Below are positions 18,643-28,529 of a stretch of 64,000 bases of DNA, one piece after another. Position numbers and translations under genes: made by a program. Numbering within the stretch: position 1 is the stretch's first letter; each line of letters begins with the position of its first letter. Origin of the DNA: Dehalococcoidia bacterium (lineage in GTDB: Bacteria > Chloroflexota > Dehalococcoidia > UBA2979); contig OZ219872.1 of the NCBI GenBank assembly GCA_964291495.2, forward strand, positions 544,001 to 608,000, given 5' to 3'. The notes beneath the pieces are model-generated. The model did not search any database, was not told the DNA's origin, and saw only the letters and a list, made by a program, of their open reading frames with translations.

Positions 18643-20079
18643 ATGGCTATCGAGTCCCCAACCCAGCTGAGCGCTGTCCTGCCGGGCAACGGCGCCGCCG
18701 AGGCTGCGGCGATCCTCGAGGAACCGTACGAGGCGATCAACATCCGCAACTTCGAGAAGGTGCCCCAGATCCAGGGCATCTCCGAGGAGCTGCGCCAGGA
18801 CATCCGCGTCGTCGCCCAGGTGCTGCCGTTCAAGTCCAACCGCTACGTGATGGACCACCTGATCGACTGGGACCGCGTGCCCGAGGATCCGATGTTCCGG
18901 CTCACCTTCCCGCAGCGCGACATGCTCGACCCGGAGCACTACGACCAGATGGCCGCGCTGCTCGCGAGCGGCGCGGACAACGCCGAGGTACGGGCGGCCG
19001 CCAACGAGATCCGGCTGACGCTGAACCCGCACCCCGCCGGCCAGATGGAGCACAACGTGCCGATGCTCAACGGGAAGCCGTTGCAGGGCATGCAGCACAA
19101 GTACCGCGAGACGGTGCTGTTCTTCCCCAGCCAGGGGCAGACCTGCCACGCCTACTGCACGTTCTGCTTCCGCTGGCCGCAGTTCGTCGGCATGGAGGGC
19201 CTCAAGTTCGCGATGCGCGAGGGCGAGCTGCTGCGCGACTACGTCGAGGAGCATCCCGAGATCAGCGACATCCTCTTCACCGGCGGCGACCCGCTGATCA
19301 TGAAAACGCGCATCCTGCGTGGCTACATCGAGCCGCTGCTCGAGCCCGGCCGCGCCCCGAACATCTCAACAATTCGGATCGGCTCGAAGGCGCTCGCCTA
19401 CTGGCCGCACCGCCTGATCTCCGACGACGACGCCGAGGAGTTGCTGGAGCTGTTCCGCAAGGTGGTCGACTCCGGCCGCCAGCTGGCGATGATGTCGCAC
19501 TTCAACCACCCGGTGGAGGTCGAGGCGCCGCCCGCCCTCGAGGCGATCCGCGTGCTGCGCGAGACTGGCGCGCAGATCCGCACGCAGACGCCGCTGCTGC
19601 GGCACATCAACGACGACGCGGACGCGCTCGCCCGAATGTGGCGGCTGCAGGCGCAGACCGGCTGCATCCCCTACTACCTGTTCGTCGCGCGCGACACCGG
19701 GGCGAAGCGCTACTTCGAGCTGCCGCTCTGGCGCTGCTGGGAGATCTTCCGCGAGGCCTACTCGAAGGTCAGCGGCGTCGCCCGCACCGTGCGCGGGCCG
19801 AGCATGTCGGCCACGCCCGGCAAGGTGCAGGTGCTCGGCGTCACCGAGGCGGCGGGCGAGCGGGTGATGGTGCTGCGCATGCTGCAGGGCCGCAACCCGG
19901 ACTGGGTGGGCCGCCCCTTCTTCGCCAAGTACAGCGAGACCGCGAGCTGGCTCGACGAGCTCGAGCCGGCCTTCGGCGAGAGCGAGTTCTTCTACGACCG
20001 CGAGCTGAACGAGCTGCTCGTCGGCGGCGGCAGCCCGTGGTCCAAGGACGAGCTCGCGCTGCCCCTCGTCGGCGGCTAG
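18643..20079 (+). CDS. KamA-family radical SAM aminomutase (lysine 2,3-aminomutase-like)
   Basis: HKYRETVL, CHAYCTFC (CxxxCxxC), FTGGDP, HFNHP, IPYY, SATPGK. Confidence 0.9.
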   Translation: MAIESPTQLSAVLPGNGAAEAAAILEEPYEAINIRNFEKVPQIQGISEELRQDIRVVAQVLPFKSNRYVMDHLIDWDRVPEDPMFRLTFPQRDMLDPEHYDQMAALLASGADNAEVRAAANEIRLTLNPHPAGQMEHNVPMLNGKPLQGMQHKYRETVLFFPSQGQTCHAYCTFCFRWPQFVGMEGLKFAMREGELLRDYVEEHPEISDILFTGGDPLIMKTRILRGYIEPLLEPGRAPNISTIRIGSKALAYWPHRLISDDDAEELLELFRKVVDSGRQLAMMSHFNHPVEVEAPPALEAIRVLRETGAQIRTQTPLLRHINDDADALARMWRLQAQTGCIPYYLFVARDTGAKRYFELPLWRCWEIFREAYSKVSGVARTVRGPSMSATPGKVQVLGVTEAAGERVMVLRMLQGRNPDWVGRPFFAKYSETASWLDELEPAFGESEFFYDRELNELLVGGGSPWSKDELALPLVGG

Positions 20080-20140
20080 CGGCGAGGCCGGCGCCCGCGC
20101 AGGGCGAGGCCCGCTCGCTGTCAAGCAGGGGTAGTGCAAC

Positions 20141-20542
20141 GTGAGCCGGCGGCCGCCGCTGTTTCCGCCGCTGGCCCCACGGCGCGTGTTGCTCCGCTGG
20201 GTGGCCTTAGGAGTCGTGTCCCTCGGAGGCACGTTCGCGATCCTCGTCGCCACGTTGAAGACATGGCCCTGGTTCGTGGTGCTGGCTGCTGCCCTGGCCT
20301 ACCAGTCGGCGGTCGTGCGGCTCTACAAGTGGAAGTGGGACGATTGGCCGGAGCGGACCCGGGGTGAGTTGTTCCGCAACGGCGCGCTCCTGGCCCTGGT
20401 CGTCGCCGCCGGCGCCGTGGTGTTCTGGTTCACGCCGGGCGGGTTCGCGGCGAAGATCGCGGCCTACGGCGTCTACGCCGCGGTGCTCCTCGCCCTGATG
20501 CTCATTGCTCGACGGGTCACCGATTGGAAATGGCTCGACTAG
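20141..20542 (+). CDS. Hypothetical membrane protein (about 4 TM)
   Basis: Four hydrophobic stretches; fills the gap. Confidence 0.65.
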   Translation: MSRRPPLFPPLAPRRVLLRWVALGVVSLGGTFAILVATLKTWPWFVVLAAALAYQSAVVRLYKWKWDDWPERTRGELFRNGALLALVVAAGAVVFWFTPGGFAAKIAAYGVYAAVLLALMLIARRVTDWKWLD

Positions 20543-20593
20543 CGGCGCGAGGATGACGAGTCATGGTCTCTCGTCAACGAATGTAGACAGGCC

Positions 20594-20977
20594 CTAGACG
20601 CGAGCGGCCCCTCCGGGGCCGCTGCCCTCGCCGAACTGCGTGACTGCCTCGGGCAGTTCAAGCTCGATTCCGGTTGAGCCCGAACCCGGACCCCGCGGCT
20701 CGTGCCGCTCGAAGCGGCCGATCGGGATTGCCGGCATCGTCGTGATGTGCGCGCCGGCGCGCACGCCCAGCTCCAGCGAGAAGTTCGCAATCGCCTCGTT
20801 GTCCGTGGCCTCGACGACGCTCACGAAGTCGTACTCGCCGAGCACGCCGTAGAGGCCCAGCGTCGCGACGCCCTCCGCCTGGATCTCGCCCTCGATACGC
20901 AGCAGGCGCTCGGGATCCTCCAGCGAGGCCGCTCGGCCCTCGGGCGTCATCGTCAGCAGCAGGAAGTACGTCGCCAT
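20594..20977 (-). CDS. GYD domain protein
   Basis: MATYFLLLTMTPEG, LGEYDFV motif. Confidence 0.85.
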   Translation of the reverse strand: MATYFLLLTMTPEGRAASLEDPERLLRIEGEIQAEGVATLGLYGVLGEYDFVSVVEATDNEAIANFSLELGVRAGAHITTMPAIPIGRFERHEPRGPGSGSTGIELELPEAVTQFGEGSGPGGAARV

Positions 20978-21099
20978 CGCCGTCTCCTCTTCGCCGGGCG
21001 CATTCTGACAGGTCGCGCGCCGCGCCGCGCGATGCCACCCCGCCCGGACCGAGGGCTCGGAGTATCATCGCGGCGGCGAGACACGGCGGGGAGGCGCGG

Positions 21100-22218
21100 A
21101 TGCGGTTCGGCGGCTTCAGCTTCGGCTCCTGGCACGAGAGCGAGAGCCACGGTGAGGTGCTCGCGCAGTTGGTCGAGCTCGCCGTGCAGTCCGACCGCCT
21201 CGGCCTCGACAGCTTCTGGCTCGGCGAGCACCACTTCTCGCGCCACGGCATCCTCGCCGACACGATGGTGATGGCCGCCCACATCGCCGCGCGGACGGAG
21301 CGCATCCGCATCGGCACGGCGGTGATCGTGCTGCCGCTGCACAACCCCGTACGCGTCGCCGAGCAGGTCGCGATCGTCGACCACCTCAGCGGCGGGCGCC
21401 TCGATGTCGGCGTGGGCATCGGCTACCAGCAGCGCGAGTTCGCCGGCCTCGGCGTCGAGATCGACGAGGCGCGCGCCCGCTTCGTCGAGAGCCTCGACGT
21501 GATGGTGCGCGCCTGGACCGAGGAGCCGCTGGTCTACGAGGGCGAACACGTTCATATCGCCGCCGAGGACGCGATCACGGTCTACCCGAAGCCGCTGCAG
21601 CAGCCACACCCGCCGATCTACCAGGCCGTCAGCACCACCCCGGCGAGCATCGACCTCGCGGCGAGCCGCGGGCTGCCCGTGATCGTCGGCGGCCCGACAG
21701 ACGTGCTCGGACGCGCGCCCGAGGTGATCGCGCACTGGCGCGAGCGGATGCGCGCGCACGGCCGCGACCCCGAGGGCCACGACCTGCCCTGCCTGCAGAA
21801 CGTCTTCGTCGCCGAGAGCGACGAGGCCGCCCACGCCGAGCTCGAGCGCGTCGACGCCTCGTGGAGCCTGCGCGTGCTGCGCGAGGTCGGATCGCCGATC
21901 GGGCGTGATGGCAAGGTGCCGGAGGGCTACGAGCACTGGGTGCGGCGCTGGCAGCAGAGTCAGCTCGCCAGCGGCGAGGCCGCGCGCACCGACGTCCCGC
22001 AGCTCTTCGGCTCGCCGGACACGGTCGCGAGCCAGGTCCAGGCGCTGCGCGATCAGGGCGTCGAGCACATCTTCGGGCGCTTCACGATTCCCGGCGTGCC
22101 CTTCGAGCGCGTCCAGCGCTCGCTCGAGCTGTTCGCAACGGAGGTCGCGCCGCGCTTCCGCGAGGGCCGGCCGGCGCCGCGGCCCGCCGCCGTCGAGGCC
22201 GCGGCGGCGCCCGGCTAG
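21100..22218 (+). CDS. LLM class flavin/F420-dependent oxidoreductase
   Basis: WLGEHHFS, RIRIGTAVIVLPLHNPVRVAEQ, PKPLQQPHPP. Confidence 0.93.
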   Translation: MRFGGFSFGSWHESESHGEVLAQLVELAVQSDRLGLDSFWLGEHHFSRHGILADTMVMAAHIAARTERIRIGTAVIVLPLHNPVRVAEQVAIVDHLSGGRLDVGVGIGYQQREFAGLGVEIDEARARFVESLDVMVRAWTEEPLVYEGEHVHIAAEDAITVYPKPLQQPHPPIYQAVSTTPASIDLAASRGLPVIVGGPTDVLGRAPEVIAHWRERMRAHGRDPEGHDLPCLQNVFVAESDEAAHAELERVDASWSLRVLREVGSPIGRDGKVPEGYEHWVRRWQQSQLASGEAARTDVPQLFGSPDTVASQVQALRDQGVEHIFGRFTIPGVPFERVQRSLELFATEVAPRFREGRPAPRPAAVEAAAAPG

Positions 22219-22246
22219 CAACATCCGGCCGGAGAGGGAGGCCCCG

Positions 22247-23212
22247 ATGCGTTACGTGGTCACGGGAGGCACGGGCTTCGTCGGCGCGTACGTCGTGCGC
22301 GACCTGCTGAAGGCGGGGCACGACGTCACCGTCTACGACCTCCAGCCCAACCTCGAGTTCCTCGAGGACGTGCTCGGCGAGCCGCCGCACGACGTGCGGG
22401 TCGTCTCCGGTGACGTGCGCGACCTGCCGCTGCTGCTGCGCACCTTCCGCGAGGCTCAGCCGGAGCGTGTCGTACACCTCGCCTCGACGCTCGGCGCGGG
22501 CAGCGAGTTCAACCCGCTGCGCACGGTACAGGTCAACATCGAGGGCACGATCCACGCCTTCGAGGCCGCGCTCGAGGTGGGCGCGGAGAAGGTGGTGTGG
22601 GCGAGCTCGATCGCCGTCTTCGGACCGACCAGCCTGCGCTCCGGGGAGGGCATCGCGAACGACGACTACCACGCCCCGGTGCGCCTCTACGGGGCCTGCA
22701 AGACCTTCCTCGAACAGCTCACCCTCAACTACAGGCGCGAGCGGCAGCTCGACGCGATCGGCCTGCGCTTCGCGGTCGTCTATGGCTACGGCAAGGCGCT
22801 GACCGTCGAGCGCGGCAGCCGCGCCGTGCACCTCACGGAGCTGATCGAGAAGCCCGCACTCGACGAGCCCGCCGTCGTCCCGTACGGCGACGACGTGCAG
22901 AACCTCGTCTACGTCGAGGATGTCGCGCGCGCGGTGGTGCTGGCGAGCCAGACGCTCGGCACGGAGCCGGCCGGGCTCACCGTCGGCGGCGAGGACGTGC
23001 TACTCCGCGACGCGGCGGCGATCGTGCAGGAGCTGCTGCCGGGCGCGGAGATCCAGGTGCAGCCCGGCATTCGCGACGGCTCGGCCGGCTACGACCTCTC
23101 GACGACAAGGGAGCAGATCGGATACGAGCCGGCGTTCTCGCTGCGCGAGGGCCTGCGCCGCACGATCAACGCGATGCGCCTCAAGGCCGGCCTCCCGCAG
23201 ATCGAGGGGTAG
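22247..23212 (+). CDS. NAD-dependent epimerase/dehydratase
   Basis: VTGGTGFVG, WASS, YGACK. Confidence 0.92.
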   Translation: MRYVVTGGTGFVGAYVVRDLLKAGHDVTVYDLQPNLEFLEDVLGEPPHDVRVVSGDVRDLPLLLRTFREAQPERVVHLASTLGAGSEFNPLRTVQVNIEGTIHAFEAALEVGAEKVVWASSIAVFGPTSLRSGEGIANDDYHAPVRLYGACKTFLEQLTLNYRRERQLDAIGLRFAVVYGYGKALTVERGSRAVHLTELIEKPALDEPAVVPYGDDVQNLVYVEDVARAVVLASQTLGTEPAGLTVGGEDVLLRDAAAIVQELLPGAEIQVQPGIRDGSAGYDLSTTREQIGYEPAFSLREGLRRTINAMRLKAGLPQIEG

Positions 23213-23222
23213 ACACTTCCCA

Positions 23223-24044
23223 ATGGACAGGCGGACCCTGCTTCGAAGAGGCTTGCTCGGCGGCGCGGCACTGGCGTCCGCGGCGCTGATCGGCTGCGAC
23301 GAGGACGACGACCGAACAGCCGGGGGGACGGCTGCGGGATCGGAGACGGGCGAGATGTCACCTGACCTGGCTGAGTGGGGATACGAAGGGCCGATCGGAC
23401 CGGAGCGCTGGGCGTCATTGTCCGAGGCCTACGCGGACTGCGGCGGCGAGCAGCAGTCGCCGGTGGACATCACGGGCTACGAGGCGGGCGACCTCGGTCC
23501 GCTCTTGTTCTCGTACGACGGTGAGGCGGTTGCGGTGCGCAACGACGGCAAGGCCGTGCACGTCGACTACGCGCCGGGCAACACGCTGACCTCGGGCGGC
23601 CGGACCTTCGGGCTGGCCTCGCTGCACATGCACGCGCCCTCGGAGCACCGTGTCGAGGGCGCGGAGTTCGCGGCCGAGTTGCATCTCGTGCATGCCGACG
23701 CTGCCGGGGACTTCGCGGTGGTGGGGCTGCTCTTCGGGCCGGGCGCGGCCAGCCCGATCGTGCAGGCGATCCTCGATGCCGCCCCGGCGGCGGGCGAGGA
23801 GGTTAGCGCGGGCATTGCCCTCAACGCGAGCGCCTGTGTACCGGACGGCGCCGCCTACTACGCCTACGACGGATCGAAGACGACGCCCCCGTGCGACGAG
23901 GGCGTCGCCTGGCACGTCATGCGCGACCCGCTGACGATCTCGGAGGAGCAGGTCGAGGCGCTGCTGGCGCTCGGCGGCGGCCCCACGAACCGCCCCGTTC
24001 AGCCGCTCGGCAGCCGCCGGATCGTGCTCGACGGCCTCTCCTAG
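23223..24044 (+). CDS. Alpha-class carbonic anhydrase with Tat/lipoprotein signal
   Basis: MDRRTLL...LIGC; WGYEG, QSPVDI, HMHAPSEH, ELHLVH, TTPPC, NRPVQP. Confidence 0.92.
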   Translation: MDRRTLLRRGLLGGAALASAALIGCDEDDDRTAGGTAAGSETGEMSPDLAEWGYEGPIGPERWASLSEAYADCGGEQQSPVDITGYEAGDLGPLLFSYDGEAVAVRNDGKAVHVDYAPGNTLTSGGRTFGLASLHMHAPSEHRVEGAEFAAELHLVHADAAGDFAVVGLLFGPGAASPIVQAILDAAPAAGEEVSAGIALNASACVPDGAAYYAYDGSKTTPPCDEGVAWHVMRDPLTISEEQVEALLALGGGPTNRPVQPLGSRRIVLDGLS

Positions 24045-24054
24045 CCACGCTGTC

Positions 24055-25050
24055 CTAGCTCGCGGCCGCCTTCTCCTCTTCGACCATGCGCTCGAGGTCC
24101 TCGAGGGTGAGCGCGCCGGGCTGCCTGTGCTCGCGCGCCATCCACGCCGAGGCGCGTTGGATCACGCGGTTGTAGGGCGTCGGCACGCCGGCCTGGATGC
24201 CGATCATCACGATCTCGCCGTTGAGGTAGTCCGTCTCGATCGTGCCGGTGGCGCGGATCAGGCTCTGCCAGCTCGAGTTGCCGAGGCGCGGGCTGTCGCC
24301 GATCGCCTCGGTGACGTAGCCGTCCACCTCGCGGTGCTCGGCCTCCTCCGCAGTGCTGGCGTAGTCGAGGCCTGCCGCGTCGTAGGCCGTGAGCGCCTCC
24401 TTCACCAGCGCTCGCCGGAAGTCGTCCACGTCCGCGTCGAGGCCGACGCAGCCGACGAGGCCGTTCGCGAGGTTGCGGATCAGCTTCGCGTACTTCCAGC
24501 GCGTGATCCGCGTCTCCACACGCGAGGCGAAGTTGCAGGAGCGCAGGTCCGCGGAGACCTGCTCGATCAGCTCGTCGCTGCCCTCCGGGTAGCGCCCGAC
24601 GTCGAGCAGCCCGCCGACCGGCCGCGCATGGTTCTCGATCACGCCCGCTTCGAGGTAGGTGCCCGGCAGGCGGGCGACCATGCCGTAGACGCGCGGGAAG
24701 CGGCGCAGCGCGCGCCGCTCGTTCTCGACGCCGTTCTGCGCGCAGATGATCGGCGGCTCGATCCCGCCCGTCGACGCCTCGAGGTCGAGCAGGGCGCCCT
24801 CGGTGTCCTGCGTCTTCATGCCGAGAATCACGACGTCGTCCTCGGTCCACTCGATCTCGTTCGGGTGGCCGACGGCGGGGACGGGCAGGTTGATCGTCCC
24901 GAGGTCGTGGGTGACGAACTCCAGGCCGCGCTCCTGGATGGCCGTCAGGTGGTCGCCGCGGCAGATCAGCACGGTGTCATGCCCGCCGTGGAAGAGCCGG
25001 GCGCCAATGGTGGCGCCGACGCCGCCGGCGCCGTAGATGATGTAGCGCAT
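24055..25050 (-). CDS. Ketopantoate reductase family protein
   Basis: YGAGGVG, CAQNGV, WKYAKL, ETDYLNGEI. Confidence 0.9.
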   Translation of the reverse strand: MRYIIYGAGGVGATIGARLFHGGHDTVLICRGDHLTAIQERGLEFVTHDLGTINLPVPAVGHPNEIEWTEDDVVILGMKTQDTEGALLDLEASTGGIEPPIICAQNGVENERRALRRFPRVYGMVARLPGTYLEAGVIENHARPVGGLLDVGRYPEGSDELIEQVSADLRSCNFASRVETRITRWKYAKLIRNLANGLVGCVGLDADVDDFRRALVKEALTAYDAAGLDYASTAEEAEHREVDGYVTEAIGDSPRLGNSSWQSLIRATGTIETDYLNGEIVMIGIQAGVPTPYNRVIQRASAWMAREHRQPGALTLEDLERMVEEEKAAAS

Positions 25051-25073
25051 GCTTCCGCTCCCTTCCGTCGCCG

Positions 25074-27356
25074 CTAGCTGGCGACGACGCCGTCGATGGC
25101 AATGACGCCCCCGGCCAGCAGGCGCTCGTAGTCCTCGCCGAGGCCGCGCGCCTCAAGCACATCGCGCGCGTCGGAGCCCGGCTTGGAGGCCGGGTCGCCG
25201 GGCTCCGGAGGCGTGCGCGAGAGCCGCGGCGAGGGGCCGTTGGTGGTGACGAGACCGATCTCGGCGTGCTCGCGCGTGAGGCTCAGCCCGTGGTCCTGCA
25301 CCCACTCGTCGGTCATCAGCTCGCGCACGGTGCGCGTCGGCGCCACGCCGGCGCCGACCGCCGTCAGCCGCTCCGTCCACTCCGCAGCCGTCGCCTGCGC
25401 GATGCGCTCGGCGAGGAACTCGCGAAGCGCGTCACCCTCGAGGTCCGCGGCGCCCTCGAGGCCCTCGACCATGCCGATGGCGGGTAGTTGGTCGGCCGTG
25501 GCGCCGAGGAAGAGCCAGCCGTCGCTGGCGCGGTAGAGGTGCTGGAGCGGGTTCCAGCCGAGCGCGTCCTGGCCGCGCAGCTCGTCCCAGACCTTGCCGT
25601 CGTAGTCCTGGAAGAACGGCGACTGCAGCGTGCAGGCGGTGTAGGCGAGGGCGGCCTTGACGTGCTGGCCCTCACCCGTCCGCTGGCGGTGAAACAGCGC
25701 CAGCGCGACGCCGTAGGCCCCCATCAGCCCCGTGCCGTAGTCGTTGATCGGGAAGGCCTGGCGGTAGGGGCGGTCGCCGGCGAAGCGCGCCTGCATCCCC
25801 GCCGCCGCCTGCGCGAGCTGCTCCCAGCCGGGACGCTCCTCCCACGGCCCCTCATGCCCGTAGGCGTTGATCGAGGCGTAGACGACACTCGGGTTGCGGC
25901 TGCGCAGTTCCTCGTAGTCCAGGCCGAGCACCTCGATGCGGCCGCCGCGCAGGTTCTGGACGACCACGTCGGCTTCCTCGGCGAGCTTCCAGAACAGCTC
26001 GCGGCCCTCCTCGGTCTTGAGGTCGAGCAGCATGCTCTGCTTGCCGCGGTTGACGTCGTTGTGCATGCGCACGCCGCCGGCGCGGTTCGGGTCGTCGATC
26101 TTCACGACCTCGGCCCCGAACTCGGCGAGCGTCCGCCCGCAAGTGGGTCCGGCGAGGATGATGCAGAGGTCGAGCACCTTGAGGCCCTTGAGCGCCTTGC
26201 GCAGCAGCCGCGTCTGCGGCGGCGACGCCGGCTCCGGCGCGCCCTCGAGCCACGGGCCGAGCACCTCGTCGCGGTCCGCGCCCGGGGCCGGGGCGGCGCT
26301 CCGGACCGCGCCGGGGGTTCCGTAGAGGCGCGGGTTCACCCCGGGCTGCAGCATCGTGCCGTACCCGGGGTCGTCGACCTCGATAACCTGCTTCGAGGTG
26401 CGGGCGTGCTCCTCGCGCATCCACTCGCTGGACTCGTAGATCACCGAGCAGCAGACGAGGGCGTCGTTGACGAACTGCTCCCACTCCTTCGCCGTGCGCG
26501 TCTTCATGAGCGCCGTCATGCGCCTCAGCAGCTCCTCGCTCTTCTCCGGATCCTTCGCGACCTCCTCGCTGAGGTGCAGGCCTTCCTCGCGCCAGGCGCC
26601 GAGGCCGGCCTTGTCGATGAAGCGGTCGATGAAGCGCTGGTTGGCGGCGTGGAACTGGACCCAGCGGCCGTCGCTGCACTCGTACTGGCGCACCCAGCCG
26701 GCGGACCGCTCGGGCGAGCGCTTCGCGGGGTCGTGCACGCGCAGGCCGGCCGATCCGATCGCGGCGAAGGTGGCGTCGAAGAGCGGCGCCTCGATGCGCT
26801 GCCCGGCCCCATCGCGCTCGCGGGCGTTGAGCGCCATCGCGATTGAGACCACGCCGAGGAAGGCGCCGTACGAGGACGAGATCGGCACCGCCGTGACTAC
26901 GGGGTTGTCGGCGCGTGCGAGGCCGTCGCCGGCGTTGGTGTAGCTGGCGGTCGCGGCGCCGAGCACGCCCTCCCAGGCCGCCATGCCGGCGCGCGGGTCG
27001 TCGGCGGCGAAGCCGGGGATCGAGCAGTAGATCAGCCGCGGGTTGGCCTCGATCATCGCGTCCGCGCCGAGGCCGAGGCGCTCCATCACGCCGGGCCGGA
27101 AGTTCTCGATCAGCACGTCCGCGCCGGCGACGAGGCGGCGCGCCGTCTCGAGGTCCTCGGAGCTCTTGAGGTCGAGCGTGATGCTGCGCTTGGCGCGGTT
27201 CCAGGTGGCGTTGGCCGGGGTGTCCCAGCGCGGGCCGCCGGGCGGGTCGATCTTGACCACGTCGGCGCCCTGGTCGGCGAGCAGCATGCCCGCGAGCGGC
27301 CCCGCGATGTAGTGCCCGAAGTCCACGACGCGAATGCCGTCCAGTGCCCCTGCCAT
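25074..27356 (-). CDS. Two-domain CaiB/BaiF CoA transferase
   Basis: Two CoA-transferase III repeats (AGPLAGMLLADQGA; AGPTCGRTLAEFGA). Confidence 0.92.
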   Translation of the reverse strand: MAGALDGIRVVDFGHYIAGPLAGMLLADQGADVVKIDPPGGPRWDTPANATWNRAKRSITLDLKSSEDLETARRLVAGADVLIENFRPGVMERLGLGADAMIEANPRLIYCSIPGFAADDPRAGMAAWEGVLGAATASYTNAGDGLARADNPVVTAVPISSSYGAFLGVVSIAMALNARERDGAGQRIEAPLFDATFAAIGSAGLRVHDPAKRSPERSAGWVRQYECSDGRWVQFHAANQRFIDRFIDKAGLGAWREEGLHLSEEVAKDPEKSEELLRRMTALMKTRTAKEWEQFVNDALVCCSVIYESSEWMREEHARTSKQVIEVDDPGYGTMLQPGVNPRLYGTPGAVRSAAPAPGADRDEVLGPWLEGAPEPASPPQTRLLRKALKGLKVLDLCIILAGPTCGRTLAEFGAEVVKIDDPNRAGGVRMHNDVNRGKQSMLLDLKTEEGRELFWKLAEEADVVVQNLRGGRIEVLGLDYEELRSRNPSVVYASINAYGHEGPWEERPGWEQLAQAAAGMQARFAGDRPYRQAFPINDYGTGLMGAYGVALALFHRQRTGEGQHVKAALAYTACTLQSPFFQDYDGKVWDELRGQDALGWNPLQHLYRASDGWLFLGATADQLPAIGMVEGLEGAADLEGDALREFLAERIAQATAAEWTERLTAVGAGVAPTRTVRELMTDEWVQDHGLSLTREHAEIGLVTTNGPSPRLSRTPPEPGDPASKPGSDARDVLEARGLGEDYERLLAGGVIAIDGVVAS

Positions 27357-27462
27357 GGTGCTCTCCTCCCGCCGGCGTCGGCCCGCCATGCCTCGCCCGC
27401 GCACTATAGCCCCCCTCGACAGGCACTCAGCGCGAGGGCGCGCGAGGTGGCTCAGCGAGGCG

Positions 27463-28509
27463 TCAGCGTGGCTCCTGCGCGTGGACCCAGGGCAGCACAT
27501 CGGCCGCGAACAGCTCGAGGGCGGCGAGGCCGTCTTCGAGGGACATGCCCTCCGGGCGGATGCCCAGCGTCCAGCCGGTGAACGGGATCGGGCCGGACAG
27601 CGCTGCGACGTCCGCCTGCATCGCCTCGATCCACATCGCGGGCGTGCCGATCAGCTCGCCCTCGGTGGCGAACGAGGCGCCCGAGTCCGCCGCCACTTGC
27701 GTGACCTCGCGAGGGTACTCGTCGCGTCCGGCGAACTCGCCGGCGGCCATGTACTCGGTGCGGCCCTCGATGAACGGCGCGCCGATGCGGACCGCCTCGG
27801 CGGCATCCGCCGCGATGTAGCCGTTGCGCACGATCGTGAAGTCGAGCGTCGCGGGGTCCACGCCCTGCTCCGCGGCGAGCGCACAGTAGTCGGCGTAGAC
27901 GCCGCGCCCGATCGCTTCGCGGTGCAGCGTGTTCACGCCGAGGCCGAAGCGCACCGCGCGCGCCAGCGCGGGGCGGCTGCGCGCGGTGACGTAGACCTTC
28001 GGGTGCGGCTGCTGGATCGGCGGCGGCAGCAGGTCGACGCCGCTCGCGCTGTGGTAGCGGCCCGCGTGGCTGAAACCGCGCTCGCGCAGCGCGCCGAGCA
28101 GGATCGTCAGCGCCTCGTCCGTGCGGTCGCCGCGCTCGCGGCGCGGCACGCCGAACGCCTCGAAGTCGCCCTCGCGGTAGCCGACGCCGATGCCGAGCAT
28201 CGCCCGCCCGTTCGAGAGCAGATCGAGGACGGCGAGCTGCTCGGCGACGTGCACGGGGTGGTAGAGCGGGAGGAGCAGCGGCTGCGTGGCGAGGCGGATC
28301 CGCTCGGTCTCGCGCGCGAGCGCGGTCAGGGTGAGGAAGGGAGTCGGGTTGTAGCCGATCGCGACCGAGTGGTGCTCCGGCACGACGATGAAGTCGTAGC
28401 CGAGCCGGTCGGCGGCGCGGGCGTACTCGATCCACTCCTCGTAGACCTCGGCCCAGCTCTGCGAGGCGTCCGGGGCGCGCTTGAACTTGACGCCGATGCC
28501 GATCTCCAT
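27463..28509 (-). CDS. LLM class oxidoreductase
   Basis: VPEHHS, LPLYHPVHVAEQ, PPPIQQPHP. Confidence 0.9.
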   Translation of the reverse strand: MEIGIGVKFKRAPDASQSWAEVYEEWIEYARAADRLGYDFIVVPEHHSVAIGYNPTPFLTLTALARETERIRLATQPLLLPLYHPVHVAEQLAVLDLLSNGRAMLGIGVGYREGDFEAFGVPRRERGDRTDEALTILLGALRERGFSHAGRYHSASGVDLLPPPIQQPHPKVYVTARSRPALARAVRFGLGVNTLHREAIGRGVYADYCALAAEQGVDPATLDFTIVRNGYIAADAAEAVRIGAPFIEGRTEYMAAGEFAGRDEYPREVTQVAADSGASFATEGELIGTPAMWIEAMQADVAALSGPIPFTGWTLGIRPEGMSLEDGLAALELFAADVLPWVHAQEPR

Positions 28510-28529
28510 GCGCCGCCCCTCCCCTGCCG

